From assembly GCA_029881335.1 (NCBI GenBank), contig JAOUMU010000003.1, positions 1-60,746 on the forward strand: a stretch of DNA of 60,746 bases, written 5' to 3'. This document shows positions 35,262-45,160 of the stretch, one piece after another. The first letter of the stretch is position 1, and each line of letters starts with the position of its first letter. Under the pieces are notes generated by a model. It ran no database searches. It worked only from the letters and a program-made list of their open reading frames with translations, and had not been told where the DNA came from. Both the position numbers and the translations under genes were made by a program. The stretch is from Nitrospinota bacterium (GTDB taxonomy: Bacteria; Nitrospinota_A; UBA7883).

Positions 35262-37550
35262 TCACTTTTGCGTGTCCCTGATCTTGTTGAGCGCAGACCC
35301 TGCGCGGAACCATTCGATCTGTTCCTCGCTCAATGTATGAGCCACCTGGAACGACACAGTGGAGCCGCCCGGCCGCGACAGCTTGACAGTCAAGGGCCTG
35401 CCAGGGGCCATCTCCTCCATCCCCAGGATGGATACCTTGTCTGTCTGGTGAATCTTCTCATAGTCCTTCTGATCGCTGAATGTCAGCGCCAGAACTCCCT
35501 GTTTCTTCAGGTTTGTCTCGTGGATGCGGGCAAATGATCGGGCGATGATCGCCGCAACCCCCAGGAACCTGGGACTCATGGCGGCATGTTCACGGCTGGA
35601 GCCTTCGCCATAGTTTTCATCACCCACCGCCACCCAACGCAGCCCCCGGGTTTTGTAGGCGCGAGCGATTTCGTTGAATGGGGAATCCTTTTCCCCGGTC
35701 AGCTGGTTCAACCCGGCCCCAGGCTGGCCAGTGAAGGCGTTGATGGCGCCGGTGAACATATTGTCGGAGATATTATCCAGATGTCCGCGGAACTTGAGCC
35801 ACGGGCCTGCGGGGGAGATATGGTCTGTTGTACACTTCCCCCTGGCCTTGAGCAATAGGGGCAGCTCCGTGAAATCCTTCCCGTCCCATGGGGCGAAAGG
35901 CTCCAGCTTCTGCAATCTTTGACTTTTAGAATCTATCGCCACCGTCCCTGTCGATGGCGCCCCGGATGGAGGAGCGTATCCTTCCATATCAAAGATGAAT
36001 CCTTCCGGCGGAATCTCCGGCGCCTCGGCCGGGGGGAGAAGATGGAAGGGGCCGTCCTTGCCTTCGAGAGTGTCCGACAGCGGGTCAAAATCGAGTGATC
36101 CTGCCAGTCCGAATGCTATCACTATTTCCGGGCTGGCGATGAAGGTGAAAGTGGCCGGGTTCCCATCGTTTCTTTTTGGGAAGTTGCGGTTATAGCTGGT
36201 GATGATGGAGTTGGGGGAGCCCTTGGTCACTTCGTCGCGGCGCCACTGGCCGATGCAGGGGCCGCAGGCGTTGGCCAGCACGGAGCCACCCAGTTCCTGT
36301 AAAGCTTTCATCTGGCCATCCCTCTCTATGGTGGATGCGATCTGGCGCGAGCCGGGAGTCACCATAAATGGGATCTTTATCTTGGCCCCTTTGGCGGTGG
36401 CCTGTCTGGCGATATCCGCGGCGCGCGTCAGGTCCTCGTAGGAAGAGTTTGTGCAGGAGCCGATAAGCGCGGCGGAAAGCTTGGCGGGGAACTCTCCCTT
36501 TCGCGCGTCGTCGGCCATCCGTGAAACGGGACGGGCCAAGTCCGGTGTGTGGGGCCCCACCACATGCGGCTCCAGCGAGGAGAGGTCTATCTCCACCACC
36601 AGATCGTAAAAGCTCTCAGGGTTTGCCACCGCCTCCTCGTCGGCGGCCAGCATATGGGCCACCTGATCCGCCGCATCGGAGCAGAAGCCCCGGTTTGTGG
36701 CGTCTAGGTATGTTTTCATCTTCCCATCGTAAGGGAAGATGGATGTGGTGGCGCCCAGCTCCGCGCCCATATTGGTGATGGTGGCCTTGCCAGTGGCGGA
36801 GATTGTGGCGCATCCTGGGCCGAAGTATTCTATTATCCGGTTGGTACCCCCCTTCGCGGTGAGCGTACCGGCCAGTTTCAGGATCACATCCTTGGGTGAA
36901 GTCCATCCGCCAAGATCACCAATTAGCCGCACACCCACCACTTTCGGGAAGAGCACTTCCCACGGCATACCGGCCATCACATCCACGGCGTCGGCGCCCC
37001 CCACTCCCACGGCGATCACGCCCAGACCACCGGCGTTCGGGGTGTGGCTGTCTGTGCCGATGATCATCTGGCCGGGAAAGGCGTAGTTCTCCAGCGCCAC
37101 CTGGTGGATGATGCCTGCGCCAGGCTGCCAGAATCCTATGCCGTATCTGGCGGAGATATCGCGCAGAAAGTTGTATACCTCTTCATTTTCCTTGTTGGCG
37201 ACCTTCAGATCCGGGCCAGAGCCCTGGTGGGCGCGGATCAAGTGGTCGCAATGGACCGTGGAGGGAACCGCTGTTCTGTCTATGCCCGCGCTCATGAACT
37301 GGAGCAGTGCCATCTGGGCTGTGGCGTCCTGCATGATCACCCGGTCGGGCCGCAGCTGCAGATAACTTTTTCCCGGTATCATGTCCTGGTGTTCCGGGTC
37401 GTGCAGGTGGCCTAGTGTGATTTTTTCCGCCAAAGTCATGGGCCTGTTGAGCCTGTTGCGGACAACGGACAAGGTTTGCTCAATGCGGGTGTATACCTGG
37501 TCCACCCACTCGGGTGATAGAGCTACGGGATCTGTCATCTCATCCTCCAT
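35262..37550 (-). CDS. aconitate hydratase (about 760-aa, mitochondrial-type aconitase)
   Basis: 762-aa ORF. LAEKITLGHL ... LRPDRVIMQDATAQMALLQF, IGTDSHTPNAGGLG, IGSCTNSS and NACGPCIGQW (Fe-S ligand cysteines), swivel domain GDENYGEGSSREHAA. Confidence 0.93.
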   Translation of the reverse strand: MEDEMTDPVALSPEWVDQVYTRIEQTLSVVRNRLNRPMTLAEKITLGHLHDPEHQDMIPGKSYLQLRPDRVIMQDATAQMALLQFMSAGIDRTAVPSTVHCDHLIRAHQGSGPDLKVANKENEEVYNFLRDISARYGIGFWQPGAGIIHQVALENYAFPGQMIIGTDSHTPNAGGLGVIAVGVGGADAVDVMAGMPWEVLFPKVVGVRLIGDLGGWTSPKDVILKLAGTLTAKGGTNRIIEYFGPGCATISATGKATITNMGAELGATTSIFPYDGKMKTYLDATNRGFCSDAADQVAHMLAADEEAVANPESFYDLVVEIDLSSLEPHVVGPHTPDLARPVSRMADDARKGEFPAKLSAALIGSCTNSSYEDLTRAADIARQATAKGAKIKIPFMVTPGSRQIASTIERDGQMKALQELGGSVLANACGPCIGQWRRDEVTKGSPNSIITSYNRNFPKRNDGNPATFTFIASPEIVIAFGLAGSLDFDPLSDTLEGKDGPFHLLPPAEAPEIPPEGFIFDMEGYAPPSGAPSTGTVAIDSKSQRLQKLEPFAPWDGKDFTELPLLLKARGKCTTDHISPAGPWLKFRGHLDNISDNMFTGAINAFTGQPGAGLNQLTGEKDSPFNEIARAYKTRGLRWVAVGDENYGEGSSREHAAMSPRFLGVAAIIARSFARIHETNLKKQGVLALTFSDQKDYEKIHQTDKVSILGMEEMAPGRPLTVKLSRPGGSTVSFQVAHTLSEEQIEWFRAGSALNKIRDTQK

Positions 37551-37755
37551 TGAGCAAAGCCTCTGTTTACATGTCCAGAGTAACTATTAGGAGGGGATGG
37601 GTCAAGGGGGTGACTTATTCTGCGCCCTACGCCGGAAATATTATTGACCCACTACGCTCTGTCAGATACTATGGGCATAGTTGCTTTTCCATACATACCG
37701 TGAATCTTCTTGATATAACTGGGGGTACGATGAATTGCATATTGCGCGCAATAAT

Positions 37756-38507
37756 TGACCTTCCCCCTAAAAACTGGACAGCCTGCAGAGTGAGAAATTC
37801 GCCTCATTTTGCCTGATTTTCTCCTGTCTGGCAAACTCCGCTGGGGCCAGATAGCCCAGCGAACTGTGGGGCCGCACTTCGTTATACTCCACGCGCCACG
37901 CCTCGATCTTCTCCCGGGCTCTCCTTTGAATGGCAATCCACGATCGTCAGCGCCCGGAAGCGCCGATGACAGTACAGCGCGTCCGACACAAAATCCATGG
38001 CCCACACCTGGTTGGAACATGTGGGCTCAGGGCGCGTGATCCGCAACGCCGGAGCCTTGCGCTTGCGGCGCTTGGTGCGCAGAGCCAGCTTCAGCCCGCA
38101 GTACACGCGCTCCGTGCGCTTGTGTGGTTGACCACCAGCCCTTCGGCCTTCAGCATCGCGTGAAGCCTCGGTGAACCATAACTCGGATACCTGGCGGCCA
38201 ACTCTTTCATCCGCTCCTTCAGCGACAAGTCCTTCCTTTTCAGCTTGCGGTTCTCCTCCTCCAGTGCCTTAAGCTTCTTCGCATCGCTGATATCCATTCC
38301 GCCGAACTTGCTTTTCCAGCGGTAATAGGTCTGTTCCGATATGCTTTCGTCCCTGCACACGTCCTTGACCTTCCTGCCGGATTCGACCTCCTTGAGGATT
38401 CTGATGATCTGCTCTTCTGAAAAACGCTTCTTCATGTGAACTCTCCCTCGACATAATTTTATTGGAAAATTCACTCTGCGAACTGTTCGATCAACGGGGG
38501 AAGGTCA
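37756..38507 (-). mobile_element. internally deleted IS3-family insertion sequence (about 0.75 kb) with both terminal inverted repeats
   Basis: TGACCTTCCCCC at 37756-37767 is the exact reverse complement of GGGGGAAGGTCA at 38496-38507. A further shared GCAGAGTGA lies about 28 nt in from each end. OrfA-like HTH MKKRFSEEQIIRILKE ... YYRWKSKFGG ... LEEENRKLKR. Confidence 0.8.
37767..38435 (-). pseudogene. IS3-family transposase remnant (OrfA fused to OrfB fragments; DDE core deleted)
   Basis: ORFs 38091..38474 and 37882..38106, plus an unannotated C-terminal frame. OrfB N-terminus PNQVWAMDFVSDAL ... FRALTIVD jumps to the C-terminal tail [32 protein letters not shown]. Multiple frame changes. 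Confidence 0.75.
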
Positions 38508-38687
38508 CTAAGATAGGATTTGTAAATATACTGTGAAAGTACGCTCCTTTCTTTCCTTTTTGGGATACCTCCTGCGGCATAGAATTGGCCATGACTAATG
38601 AAACATGGAGATTGATTTTCTCACCCCACCTTTCCCCTTTCGTTCCAACCGGCGGATGCAAGGCTGGCGCAATTTCCGCGCAGTGTA

Positions 38688-40217
38688 TCAGCGTCGGCTC
38701 CATGAGAGCCACCATCCAAAAGCCTTTTTCAAGAATGGTGTCAGGCGGGTCTTGTTGTATGCGTCCGCCACGCGTTTGATCGCCTCCGCCTGGGTGGGGT
38801 ATGGGTGTATCACGTTTGCCAGGCCGCCCAGGCCCATTCCGGCGGACATGGCCACCGATATTTCGCTGATCATCTCCCCGGCGTGAGCCGCCACGATGGT
38901 GGCCCCAAGTATTTTATCGGAGCCATTTTTCACCAGGACCTTCACAAATCCCTCATCCTCTCCATCGACGATGGCCCGGTCATTCCCACTCATTTCCACT
39001 TTGTAGACGGAGGTCTTGATCCCATGCTTGCGCGCTTCATGCTCATACATCCCCACATGGGCGATCTCAGGCTCGGTGTAAGTGCACCATGGCATGTTCT
39101 GCGAGGAGAGCCGGGCCCGCCCCATGAAGAGCGCGTTCTTGAGCACTATGCGCGCCGCTGCGTCCGCCGCGTGGGTAAATTTGTGCGCCATGCATATGTC
39201 ACCGGCCGCGAATATATTCGGGTTTGCGGTCCGCAGGTGATCATCCACCGCCACTCCCTTCAATGGATCATAAGTCACGCCCGCCGCCTCCAGGTTCAAT
39301 CCCTCCGTGTTAGGCTTTCGTCCAGCGCCAATCAGTATTTCATCACACTCCAGGGTCTCCTCGCCGCTTTCAGTCAGAATGGTAACCATCTTTCTTCCAT
39401 TTTTCGAGGTCACCCGGAGAGGCTCCGCGTTTATCCGCACCTCCATCCCCTCCCTCCGGAATACTTTGCCCAGCAGCTCTGAAGCGTCCTGGTCCTCCCT
39501 GGGCAGGAAAGCGCCTCGTGAAACAATAACCACTCTGGAGCCGAGCCGGTGGAACGCCTGGGCCAGCTCACAGCCGATAGGCCCGCCACCGATCACCATC
39601 AACGAGCCGGGGAGTTTTGTCAGGTTGAACACGGTTTCGTTTGTCACAAAACCGACCTCCGCCAGCCCTACAATGTCCGGGTGAACCGCCCGGGCGCCTG
39701 TGGCTATTACCGCCTTTATGAAACGCAGCCTCTTCCCCTCCACTTCCACACTGTCCGGTCCATCGAACCTGGCCTCCCCGAAAAAGACATCCACTCCCGC
39801 CTCGGTGAAGCGCCGGGCGGAATCGTGGGGGCTGATGCTGGCTCTTATTTTTCTTAGCCGCTCCTGGATTTTGTGAAAATCCTCGGGCCTGGTTTCGGCT
39901 CCGGTCAATCCCAGTCTGGCGGCGTGTTTCATCTCGTGGGCCAATCTGGCCGGACGGATCAAGCTCTTGGAGGGGACGCATCCTACGTTCAGGCAGTCCC
40001 CCCCCATCATATGGCGCTCCACCAGTGCCACCTTGGCGCCCAGCCCCGCCGCGCCGATGGCGCTCACCAGCCCCGCCGTACCCGCTCCCACCACCACCAG
40101 ATTATAGACCGGGGCAGGTTCCGGATTTTTCCACTCCCCTGGGCGGACGTTGGAAAGCAGGGACCGGTTGCTTTCATCCATCGGCTCGAGGGGGAAACGC
40201 CAGGAATTACCCATCAC
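38688..40217 (-). CDS. FAD-dependent pyridine nucleotide-disulfide oxidoreductase (MerA/Lpd-like class I)
   Basis: 509-aa ORF. FAD fold VVVGAGTAGLVSA, redox-active GGDCLNVGCVPSK, NAD fold MVIGGGPIGCELA, dimerisation-domain HPYPT. The last roughly 27 residues (VADAYNK...SWSRR) contain no Cys, so the MerA C-terminal Cys pair is absent. Confidence 0.87.
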   Translation of the reverse strand: MMGNSWRFPLEPMDESNRSLLSNVRPGEWKNPEPAPVYNLVVVGAGTAGLVSAIGAAGLGAKVALVERHMMGGDCLNVGCVPSKSLIRPARLAHEMKHAARLGLTGAETRPEDFHKIQERLRKIRASISPHDSARRFTEAGVDVFFGEARFDGPDSVEVEGKRLRFIKAVIATGARAVHPDIVGLAEVGFVTNETVFNLTKLPGSLMVIGGGPIGCELAQAFHRLGSRVVIVSRGAFLPREDQDASELLGKVFRREGMEVRINAEPLRVTSKNGRKMVTILTESGEETLECDEILIGAGRKPNTEGLNLEAAGVTYDPLKGVAVDDHLRTANPNIFAAGDICMAHKFTHAADAAARIVLKNALFMGRARLSSQNMPWCTYTEPEIAHVGMYEHEARKHGIKTSVYKVEMSGNDRAIVDGEDEGFVKVLVKNGSDKILGATIVAAHAGEMISEISVAMSAGMGLGGLANVIHPYPTQAEAIKRVADAYNKTRLTPFLKKAFGWWLSWSRR

Positions 40218-40227
40218 TGTTTTCCTT

Positions 40228-40959
40228 TTACTCCATACGATCCGCCAGGGCGCGCCGCGCCATCCTGGTTATGTATACGGTGACGGCGATGGTGGCCACC
40301 AGGCCCAGAACATACATGGCCCACTCCGCGTTAGTTCTCTGTCGCTCGGCCGTGTCCTCCCCCAGCATGGCCAGCGATCCGGCCAAAGAGCCGATATAGA
40401 CGTACATCAGGCAGCCTGGCGCCATGCCCACGAGCGAAGCCCAGAAATAATGCTTCAGCGAAATCCGGGTGAGCCCATATGCGTAGTTGAGCAGGTTGAA
40501 GGGAAACACAGGTGAAAGACGGGTGAGCCCCACGATCTTCCATCCATCCTCGGCGATGGCCTGATCCATGGCGCGGAACATCGGCTTTTCCGCAATCCAC
40601 CTGGCCACCCACTCGCCGGCCAGGTAGCGCCCCACCAAAAACGCCGCCGTGGCGCCCATAGTGGCGGAGATGAGGGCTATAACAGTCCCTTTTGCCACGC
40701 CGAATATGATCCCTGCGCCCAACGTGAGAATTGATCCCGGGATGAATAAAACACAAGACAAAGTGTACAAGAGGGCGTACATCAAAATGCCAATCCATCC
40801 CAACTGGTCGATCCAGGCCAGGAGGCTTTTCAGGTGTGTCGCAAGGTCCAGGTATATCCATGAGGCTATGGCGCCGGCAATAAGAAGAATAATCCCGGCG
40901 GACTTGAGCCAGGCGAAAAGGGGGCGCTCCTGGCTGCTGTTATCAATCTCGTTACTCAA
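40228..40959 (-). CDS. TVP38/TMEM64 (DedA-related, SNARE-associated) family membrane protein
   Basis: 243-aa ORF. Multiple TM helices; FIPGSILTLGAGIIFG and RLSPVFPFNLLNYAYGLT motifs. Confidence 0.85.
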   Translation of the reverse strand: MSNEIDNSSQERPLFAWLKSAGIILLIAGAIASWIYLDLATHLKSLLAWIDQLGWIGILMYALLYTLSCVLFIPGSILTLGAGIIFGVAKGTVIALISATMGATAAFLVGRYLAGEWVARWIAEKPMFRAMDQAIAEDGWKIVGLTRLSPVFPFNLLNYAYGLTRISLKHYFWASLVGMAPGCLMYVYIGSLAGSLAMLGEDTAERQRTNAEWAMYVLGLVATIAVTVYITRMARRALADRME

Positions 40960-41824
40960 TCTTCTTCCTTCCCATCTTGTTCAAAGACCAGTTGTAGAAG
41001 GTATACTTTATTCGCCAGTCGCGCTGGTTGTCAAAATCTCCCCTATCCATGTCGGGCCAGAATGGGCGCAAAAACCCGAGCAAGCTCCTCTTCCCTTTTT
41101 CAAAGTCGGCACTGTACCACTTGAAGATGGGGGAGAGATGGATCACACCCGCGGCCCGGTCCACTCGGTTCTTTGTAGCGACGGACAAAAAGAGGCGCAT
41201 CTGGTTGTTGAGTTGTTCCTCCAGCCGTCGGCCCACGAACGCCTCATAGCGCAACTGAGGGCATCCCATGGCGGCGCATACCAGGGCCGCATGGATTCTC
41301 GGCTCATCATACCTTTTGCGGAGAATCTGATGCTCGATCATATCCAGGGTCACCGTAATGCCCCAAAGCTGGGCCACCGGCGCCTCCCAGGGGGTCGAGA
41401 ACCATCCGCCAATATCCTTGATGCTCTCCACAGGGTAGTGATCCAGTATCAGCTTTAACGTGGCGGCGTTGTACAGGTTTATCAGAAAGGCGATCCGGTC
41501 CGGCTCGTCCCATGCTGTGAATTGATTTTCTGGCACGGTGGCCAGGATGGCCAGGTATTGATCCAACCGCTTCCGGTTATTAGCCAATCCTGGGTAATCC
41601 ACACGCCCATCCTCCACGAATTCCCCCAGTAGTTTGTTGAAAATAGCATGATCATGATCGAAGCCCCCCCTGCCATGGGCGGCAGGTATCGGGTACAAGC
41701 ATAACCACGAGAGCGCAATCATGGCGAACACCAGCGGAATATGTCGGACGCGGGGCGCCTGGCTGATGAAAACCGGGATATGTGGGACGGAGGCGGCGCT
41801 CCTGCATGGTGTACTCTGGCTCAT
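40952..41824 (-). CDS. DUF547 domain-containing protein
   Basis: ORF 40952..41902. ATG at 41824 follows GGAGTGAGG. AFLINLYNAATLKLI ... IEHQILRK ... DEPRIHAALVCAAMGCPQL core. Its stop overlaps the TVP38 start by 8 nt. Confidence 0.83.
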   Translation of the reverse strand: MSQSTPCRSAASVPHIPVFISQAPRVRHIPLVFAMIALSWLCLYPIPAAHGRGGFDHDHAIFNKLLGEFVEDGRVDYPGLANNRKRLDQYLAILATVPENQFTAWDEPDRIAFLINLYNAATLKLILDHYPVESIKDIGGWFSTPWEAPVAQLWGITVTLDMIEHQILRKRYDEPRIHAALVCAAMGCPQLRYEAFVGRRLEEQLNNQMRLFLSVATKNRVDRAAGVIHLSPIFKWYSADFEKGKRSLLGFLRPFWPDMDRGDFDNQRDWRIKYTFYNWSLNKMGRKKIE

Positions 41825-42037
41825 CCTCACTCCATTGATAGCCACCATTAACAAATAATCGCCACTGCGAATTGCCGACCGCGGCATCAGTGCCTCGCTC
41901 ATTCTAACTCATACTTCCGCACAAGGCGATACTGTGGCGTTATTTGCAGTTAAGTCAGAAGATATTCGGCGTTTTCGATGGATGACTTTTATCCCCTATC
42001 CGCGCTATTATCTTCGCAGAATATACAAGGAGCCCTC

Positions 42038-42484
42038 ATGGAAAAGCGTAAGTTGTCTTTCGAGTCTTACGGCGAAGTGGTCCAGGAGATTGAGAGCCTG
42101 GAGCAATCGGGATACGAGATAAAGGGGAAATGGAGTTTGGGCCAGGCCTGCGCTCACCTTGATTACTATTATAAGGGTTCGTTGGATGGATTCGACCATA
42201 TGTTCCCATGGGTAGTCCGAGCCCTGTTTGGAAAGCTGGCGCTGTGGTGGTACTTGCGCGTGGGAGACAAGGAAGGAAATCCCACGGTGCCTCAGTCGGT
42301 CCCTATGGAAACTATTGACGCTAAGAAATCGATCGCTGACATAAAGAACAGCCTGCGCCGCCTGGCCACCGCCGAGCGGCTTCATCCCTCCGGCTTATTC
42401 GGCGCCCTGTCGGTGGAGCAGTGGAAGATTCTGCATTTAAAACATGCTGCCCATCACTTGGGCTTCCTGATTCCAAAATCCTGA
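42038..42484 (+). CDS. DUF1569/DinB-like four-helix-bundle protein
   Basis: ORF 41978..42484. ATG at 42038 follows AAGGAG. W.LGQACAHL ... C-terminal EQWKILHLKHAAHHLGFL histidine pattern. Confidence 0.65.
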   Translation: MEKRKLSFESYGEVVQEIESLEQSGYEIKGKWSLGQACAHLDYYYKGSLDGFDHMFPWVVRALFGKLALWWYLRVGDKEGNPTVPQSVPMETIDAKKSIADIKNSLRRLATAERLHPSGLFGALSVEQWKILHLKHAAHHLGFLIPKS

Positions 42485-42549
42485 AAGAAGATGCTTCGTA
42501 TAGGGCTGGAGCCCTGCCCGAGACCGAAGGGGGGGGCCAATTGGATCAA

Positions 42550-44568
42550 CTATCTTAGTGTCCCCACTTGGTCTTCTTTTTCCATCTCCGGCGCCGTAAT
42601 AGTGAACATGCTCCCCGCGCCAGGGGAGGATTCAACACGAATAGAGCCCCCGTGGGCCTCCATGATGTCTCGACAGTAGGGAAGTCCCAGACCACTGCCC
42701 CGCTCCCCCGCTGTTCCCAGGCTCGTCGTTTTCATGGTGTTGTCGAAAAGGTGGCCGATGATATTCTCAGGGATTCCGGTTCCCGTGTCCCGGACAGCCA
42801 AAGCGCCATTCTCCCCTTCTGGCCGATAAATGGTGACGCTGTCTCCCTGGCGGCAAAACTTCACTGCGTTGGACAGAAGGTTTTGGATCACCTCTCCCAG
42901 CAGGTGATAATCGGCGTACAGGACATAATCGGGGGGTATCTGGTTTATGATTTGCACCCCCTTTTCATCCGCCCTGAATCGTTCCACTTGGACGATGGAT
43001 TCGGTCAGCGACAAGACATTCACCCGTTTTATGGACACAGTCACAGAGCCGGTCTGCAGCCTGCTTATATCCAGCAGGTTGTCGATCATATCCATCAGCC
43101 CGTGGGCGGCGCGCGTCGCCATCGATATCAGCCGCCGGTTAGTTTCCGCCCCTTCAGGGTCCTCTCTCTCCGGCTTCACAAGCTCGAGCATATTTATCAT
43201 GGAGCCTAAGGGCGAGCGAAGGTCGTGGGAAACCAGCGCCACAAATTTATCTTTTAGCAGAGTGGCCTCCTCGGCCCTCTCTTTTTCATGGTAAAGCTGC
43301 GAGGTTCGTTGCGCCACTTTCGCCTCCAGCTCCATTTTTGCCGATTCCAGCGCGTCCATGACCATGGTTTCCGCGATTTCCTTCTCACGCCGCAATATGC
43401 TGATCCTGTCCGCCAAAGCGAAGGAGAGGAACACTGCGTCCGCCATGAACCCAACCTCCATCATCCGCCGCATAATCTCCGTGGGTGGCGCCAGATTGAC
43501 CACCGTGCTCATGGAGACAAGTTGTCCCACCAGAGAGGAGATCCAGGCCAGGATAAAAAACCTGGCGGCGGGAATCCTTCTGACATAGGCCAACCCTCCG
43601 GCGCCCCCCATTATGAAGGGGAATACCAACGCTACCAAAGAGCATGTAAGGCTGGTGAACAGGTAGTCGTCGGTGAGGAATCCATAAACTGGCAGCAGAA
43701 CGCATAGGGCCTGAAACGCGGTTATGGCCTTATGGACCATCGGCATGTTTCTGGCCGTACCCAGAAAGCTTTTAGCGATAAATATGGCCATGAACATTGA
43801 GAGGTATCCCGTGGGGAACACCATCCAGTTCTGCAGCCGCGGGCTCAGTGGCCACAGGTATTGATAAGCGTATCCCGAATATGTGAATATCATCAGCAAA
43901 AGGCTGAAAATATACAGGATGTAATGCAGGTAGGTGATATCCCGCAAGGAGAAGTATAAAAGCATGTTGTAAAAAAACACCACTGTAAGGCACCCGAACA
44001 CCAGCCCGAAATACATGTGAACCCTGCCGGAATAGGCCTGGAACGCATCCTCCTTCCACAGCGTGAGTGGGAGTTGCAAGGGATCCAGGCTTTCCACCCT
44101 CATCAGAATATTGACGGTGTCCCCAGGCCCAAGATCCAACCGGAACAGAAAGCGGTTGTGCTCCACTTCCCTTTGGGCAAAAGGATATTTTTCGCCGGCC
44201 TTGCGCAGCTCCGTCCGCCCATCCGGCCAAGTGAGGTACAGGTCCATTGAATCTATCCATGGAGTGAACTGATGCAGGATCAAAGGCTGGGCTTTCCCGG
44301 AGTCGTTCCTGATAGAGAATCTGAGCCAGAAAGCAGACCTGGAAAAAGAAAAATTCGGAACGCTCTTCCCCAGCGGGGCAAACAGGACCGAGGCCGGGCC
44401 TTCGGTCACTTGATCGAAGGTCAGTTGACCCTCCCGGTCCTCCAGAAAATCAGCATGCAGGCCAATAAGACGGCTATTTTCCGTGTCTGTGATGACTATG
44501 GGGGGCGAGGCATGGACAACCTGTGAACCCGAGGACACAAGCAAAGCGATAAAAACTAATAATCTCAC
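42550..44568 (-). CDS. sensor histidine kinase with 7TMR-DISMED2 extracellular domain and 7TM-DISM module
   Basis: 672-aa ORF. Signal peptide, periplasmic domain (AFWLRFSIRNDS ... ), seven TM helices, H-box FVALVSHDLRSPL, N/G boxes (NLLSNAVKF, DTGTGI, GSGLGL). Confidence 0.88.
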   Translation of the reverse strand: MRLLVFIALLVSSGSQVVHASPPIVITDTENSRLIGLHADFLEDREGQLTFDQVTEGPASVLFAPLGKSVPNFSFSRSAFWLRFSIRNDSGKAQPLILHQFTPWIDSMDLYLTWPDGRTELRKAGEKYPFAQREVEHNRFLFRLDLGPGDTVNILMRVESLDPLQLPLTLWKEDAFQAYSGRVHMYFGLVFGCLTVVFFYNMLLYFSLRDITYLHYILYIFSLLLMIFTYSGYAYQYLWPLSPRLQNWMVFPTGYLSMFMAIFIAKSFLGTARNMPMVHKAITAFQALCVLLPVYGFLTDDYLFTSLTCSLVALVFPFIMGGAGGLAYVRRIPAARFFILAWISSLVGQLVSMSTVVNLAPPTEIMRRMMEVGFMADAVFLSFALADRISILRREKEIAETMVMDALESAKMELEAKVAQRTSQLYHEKERAEEATLLKDKFVALVSHDLRSPLGSMINMLELVKPEREDPEGAETNRRLISMATRAAHGLMDMIDNLLDISRLQTGSVTVSIKRVNVLSLTESIVQVERFRADEKGVQIINQIPPDYVLYADYHLLGEVIQNLLSNAVKFCRQGDSVTIYRPEGENGALAVRDTGTGIPENIIGHLFDNTMKTTSLGTAGERGSGLGLPYCRDIMEAHGGSIRVESSPGAGSMFTITAPEMEKEDQVGTLR

Positions 44569-44660
44569 AAATTATCTTCCGCCTCGAAATGAACTCGCAA
44601 GGACTATACTAGGGCCAGGAGCTGTACGTAGTCAACAAGTTTGCGCCTCACGCGGAGGGA

Positions 44661-44697
44661 GAAAAAAAGCCCGCCTGGCGGTGTCGCCCCGGCGGGT
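44661..44697 (-). terminator. putative rho-independent terminator downstream of ndk
   Basis: On the minus strand: CCCGCC-(GGCG/CGCC inner stem)-GGCGGG hairpin (44670-44696) followed by CTTTTTTTC (A-run 44662-44668 on plus). Confidence 0.55.
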
Positions 44698-44721
44698 GAT
44701 TTTAGCGATTCGAATGGAGCG

Positions 44722-45141
44722 CTATGGTGCGATATCGGCTTCTGCGAAAAAGTATGATATCTCCCTGGCGGCGGACTCCGCCGAGTCGGAACCGTGAACC
44801 GAGTTTTTCTCCAGATCCACGGCCATCTCTTTTCGGATGGTTCCCTCGGCGGCATCGGCCGGGTTTGTGGCGCCCATGATTTCGCGCCATTTCACCTGGG
44901 CGTTATCTCCTTCCAGCACGGCGATGTAGCAGGGCCCGGAGCTCATGTACTCCGTCAGGGAGGTGTAGAACGGGCGCGCCTTGTGCTCGATATAGAATCC
45001 CTGAGCCTGAGCGGGGGTCATGAGTATCCTGCGCAGGGCGATCACTTTCATGCCGCTGGTCTCTATCCTGCTTATGATCTTGCCACTGAGGCCGCGGGAC
45101 ACGGCGTCCGGCTTTATCATGGCGAATGTGCGAGATGACAT
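44722..45141 (-). CDS. ndk: nucleoside-diphosphate kinase
   Basis: 139-aa ORF. RTFAMIKPDAV ... NSVHGSDS active-site histidine motif. Confidence 0.95.
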   Translation of the reverse strand: MSSRTFAMIKPDAVSRGLSGKIISRIETSGMKVIALRRILMTPAQAQGFYIEHKARPFYTSLTEYMSSGPCYIAVLEGDNAQVKWREIMGATNPADAAEGTIRKEMAVDLEKNSVHGSDSAESAAREISYFFAEADIAP

Positions 45142-45160
45142 TGTGTCTTTTCCTTTTTAC

